A stretch of DNA of 64,000 nt from an uncultured Fidelibacterota bacterium. Lineage in GTDB: Bacteria > Fidelibacterota > Marinisomatia > Marinisomatales > UBA1611. Made by a program: the position numbers and the translations under genes. The stretch spans positions 5,456 through 69,455 of the forward strand of contig CALCSS010000050.1 of assembly GCA_937893835.1 (NCBI GenBank). The letters are read 5' to 3'. Positions 63,398-64,000 of this stretch are shown here, piece by piece. How positions within the stretch are numbered: the stretch's first letter is position 1; each line of letters opens with the position of its first letter. The notes under the pieces are model-generated. The model was not told the DNA's origin, did no database searches, and saw only the letters and a program-made list of their open reading frames with translations.

Positions 63398-64000
63398 TTA
63401 CAGTTCATTGGTAATGCAATGGACTGACCCGCCACTTAGTTGAAACTGACTGGTAGGGTTTATTACTATATTGATTCCCATGTCGGCCAATCTTTCATCA
63501 ATGCTTGGATCTGAGAAGTGGTTTGGACGAATCAGTATTCCAGGTAGTGGTAGCGCATTGGCAGCAAAAGTTCCTATCCTTTTTTCAGTACCGATCGCAT
63601 CATTTGATGGAATCTCAAAAATTGGAATGTCCTTCCCATCTGCAAATTGATAGAGTTTTGTCTTAGATTCATTTGTCATTACTTCAGTACAGGCAACCAG
63701 GGCAGATATATTCCCATCTTTATTGATCACAGGAGTAAAGAATGTATCAAGATGATATCCCTTCCCCTCAAGAATGACCATTTCATTTACGTTCATTGCA
63801 TCAGCGACAAAGTTGGCCCCCTCAATTGTATTTCTCTGCATACCACTAAAAAGGATCCCCTCTCTTGCACAGAAATAAAATTCGCCGCCATCGGCGCTGA
63901 GACCGCTCTGATCAGGCATCTCTACCATTCGCATCTCGAGCGGTTCGAGACATCTTTTAACCACCTTGTTCTCGATCCTTCTCTGTGGCTCCCCCGCCCT
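63398..64000 (-). CDS. Guanidino-group-modifying enzyme superfamily protein (amidinotransferase / arginine-deiminase-like), partial: N-terminus outside window
   Basis: The track start GTG 63964 is not the true start, because the frame stays open to base 64000. The C-terminal SGGSVHCITNEL contains the catalytic-Cys context typical of this fold (..GG.(I/V)HC.T..). The subfamily is not resolved. Confidence 0.55.
   Translation of the reverse strand, partial: RAGEPQRRIENKVVKRCLEPLEMRMVEMPDQSGLSADGGEFYFCAREGILFSGMQRNTIEGANFVADAMNVNEMVILEGKGYHLDTFFTPVINKDGNISALVACTEVMTNESKTKLYQFADGKDIPIFEIPSNDAIGTEKRIGTFAANALPLPGILIRPNHFSDPSIDERLADMGINIVINPTSQFQLSGGSVHCITNEL

Noticed and set aside
1-64000. Search for a discrete accessory or defence island (CRISPR repeats, cas genes, restriction-modification, toxin-antitoxin, retron/reverse transcriptase, integrase/transposase, phage genes, tRNA-flanked insertion).
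   Set aside because: Every ORF above ~100 aa is accounted for by a housekeeping or envelope function, or is a small OMP or membrane protein embedded in operons. There are no direct-repeat arrays and no recombinase. The single tRNA sits inside a conserved ispE-prs junction with only 13- and 20-nt spacers. I cannot support a mobile or defence element here.
63900-64000. Noticeably GC-richer final ~100 nt of the window.
   Set aside because: It lies inside the continuing amidinotransferase-fold ORF, whose frame is open to the window edge. A local codon-composition effect explains it, and there is too little sequence to argue for a boundary of foreign DNA.

Overview
This is an AT-rich, very compact core-genome segment of a diderm bacterium using the standard genetic code. 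By my tally only about 2 kb of the 64 kb lies outside predicted genes. There are many ATGA/TAATG start-stop overlaps and four convergent gene pairs whose 3' ends overlap. I call 66 protein-coding genes, one tRNA-Gln(UUG), three clear Rho-independent terminators and a few small repeats or palindromes. Content is overwhelmingly housekeeping. Lipid A genes form two blocks plus an LpxL-like acyltransferase: gnnA-like/ICMT-like/lpxB/DUF374/lpxK at 2.6-7.0 kb, and uppS-bamA-skp-lpxD-lpxC-fabZ-lpxA-OMP-dxr-rseP at 39.8-49.8 kb. Other content includes DNA repair and replication genes (uvrA, ruvB, mutY, priA), MEP-pathway genes (ispD-ispF-ispE, dxr), and the run prs-rplY-pth-hppA-rpsF-rpsR-rplI-priA. 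There is also fabA with a divergently transcribed FabL-like reductase, an OMP plus lipase pair, nfeD-floA, and an eight-gene minus-strand operon (M23 peptidase-rhomboid-cdd-udk-tdk-nupC-adk-coaE). The order lpxD-lpxC-fabZ-lpxA and a PorV/PorQ-like OMP suggest, by inference only, a streamlined and probably marine FCB-superphylum-type lineage. I found no rRNA, CRISPR array, transposase or integrase, prophage, toxin-antitoxin or recognisable defence genes, and no large unexplained non-coding stretch. I therefore do not see a self-contained novel system island here. The best leads are: (1) a lipid A operon carrying GnnA-like and LmtA-like (ICMT-fold) genes, which predicts Leptospira-style modified lipid A; (2) an lpxA whose conserved N-terminus can only be reached from a non-canonical AUU start right after the fabZ stop; (3) a proteobacterial-type FabA in a non-proteobacterial-looking context; (4) a long divergent transketolase-fold protein with GDG changed to GEG; (5) a partial giant cadherin-like surface protein. 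All assignments come from reading translated motifs and by-eye alignment to remembered reference sequences. No database search was run.
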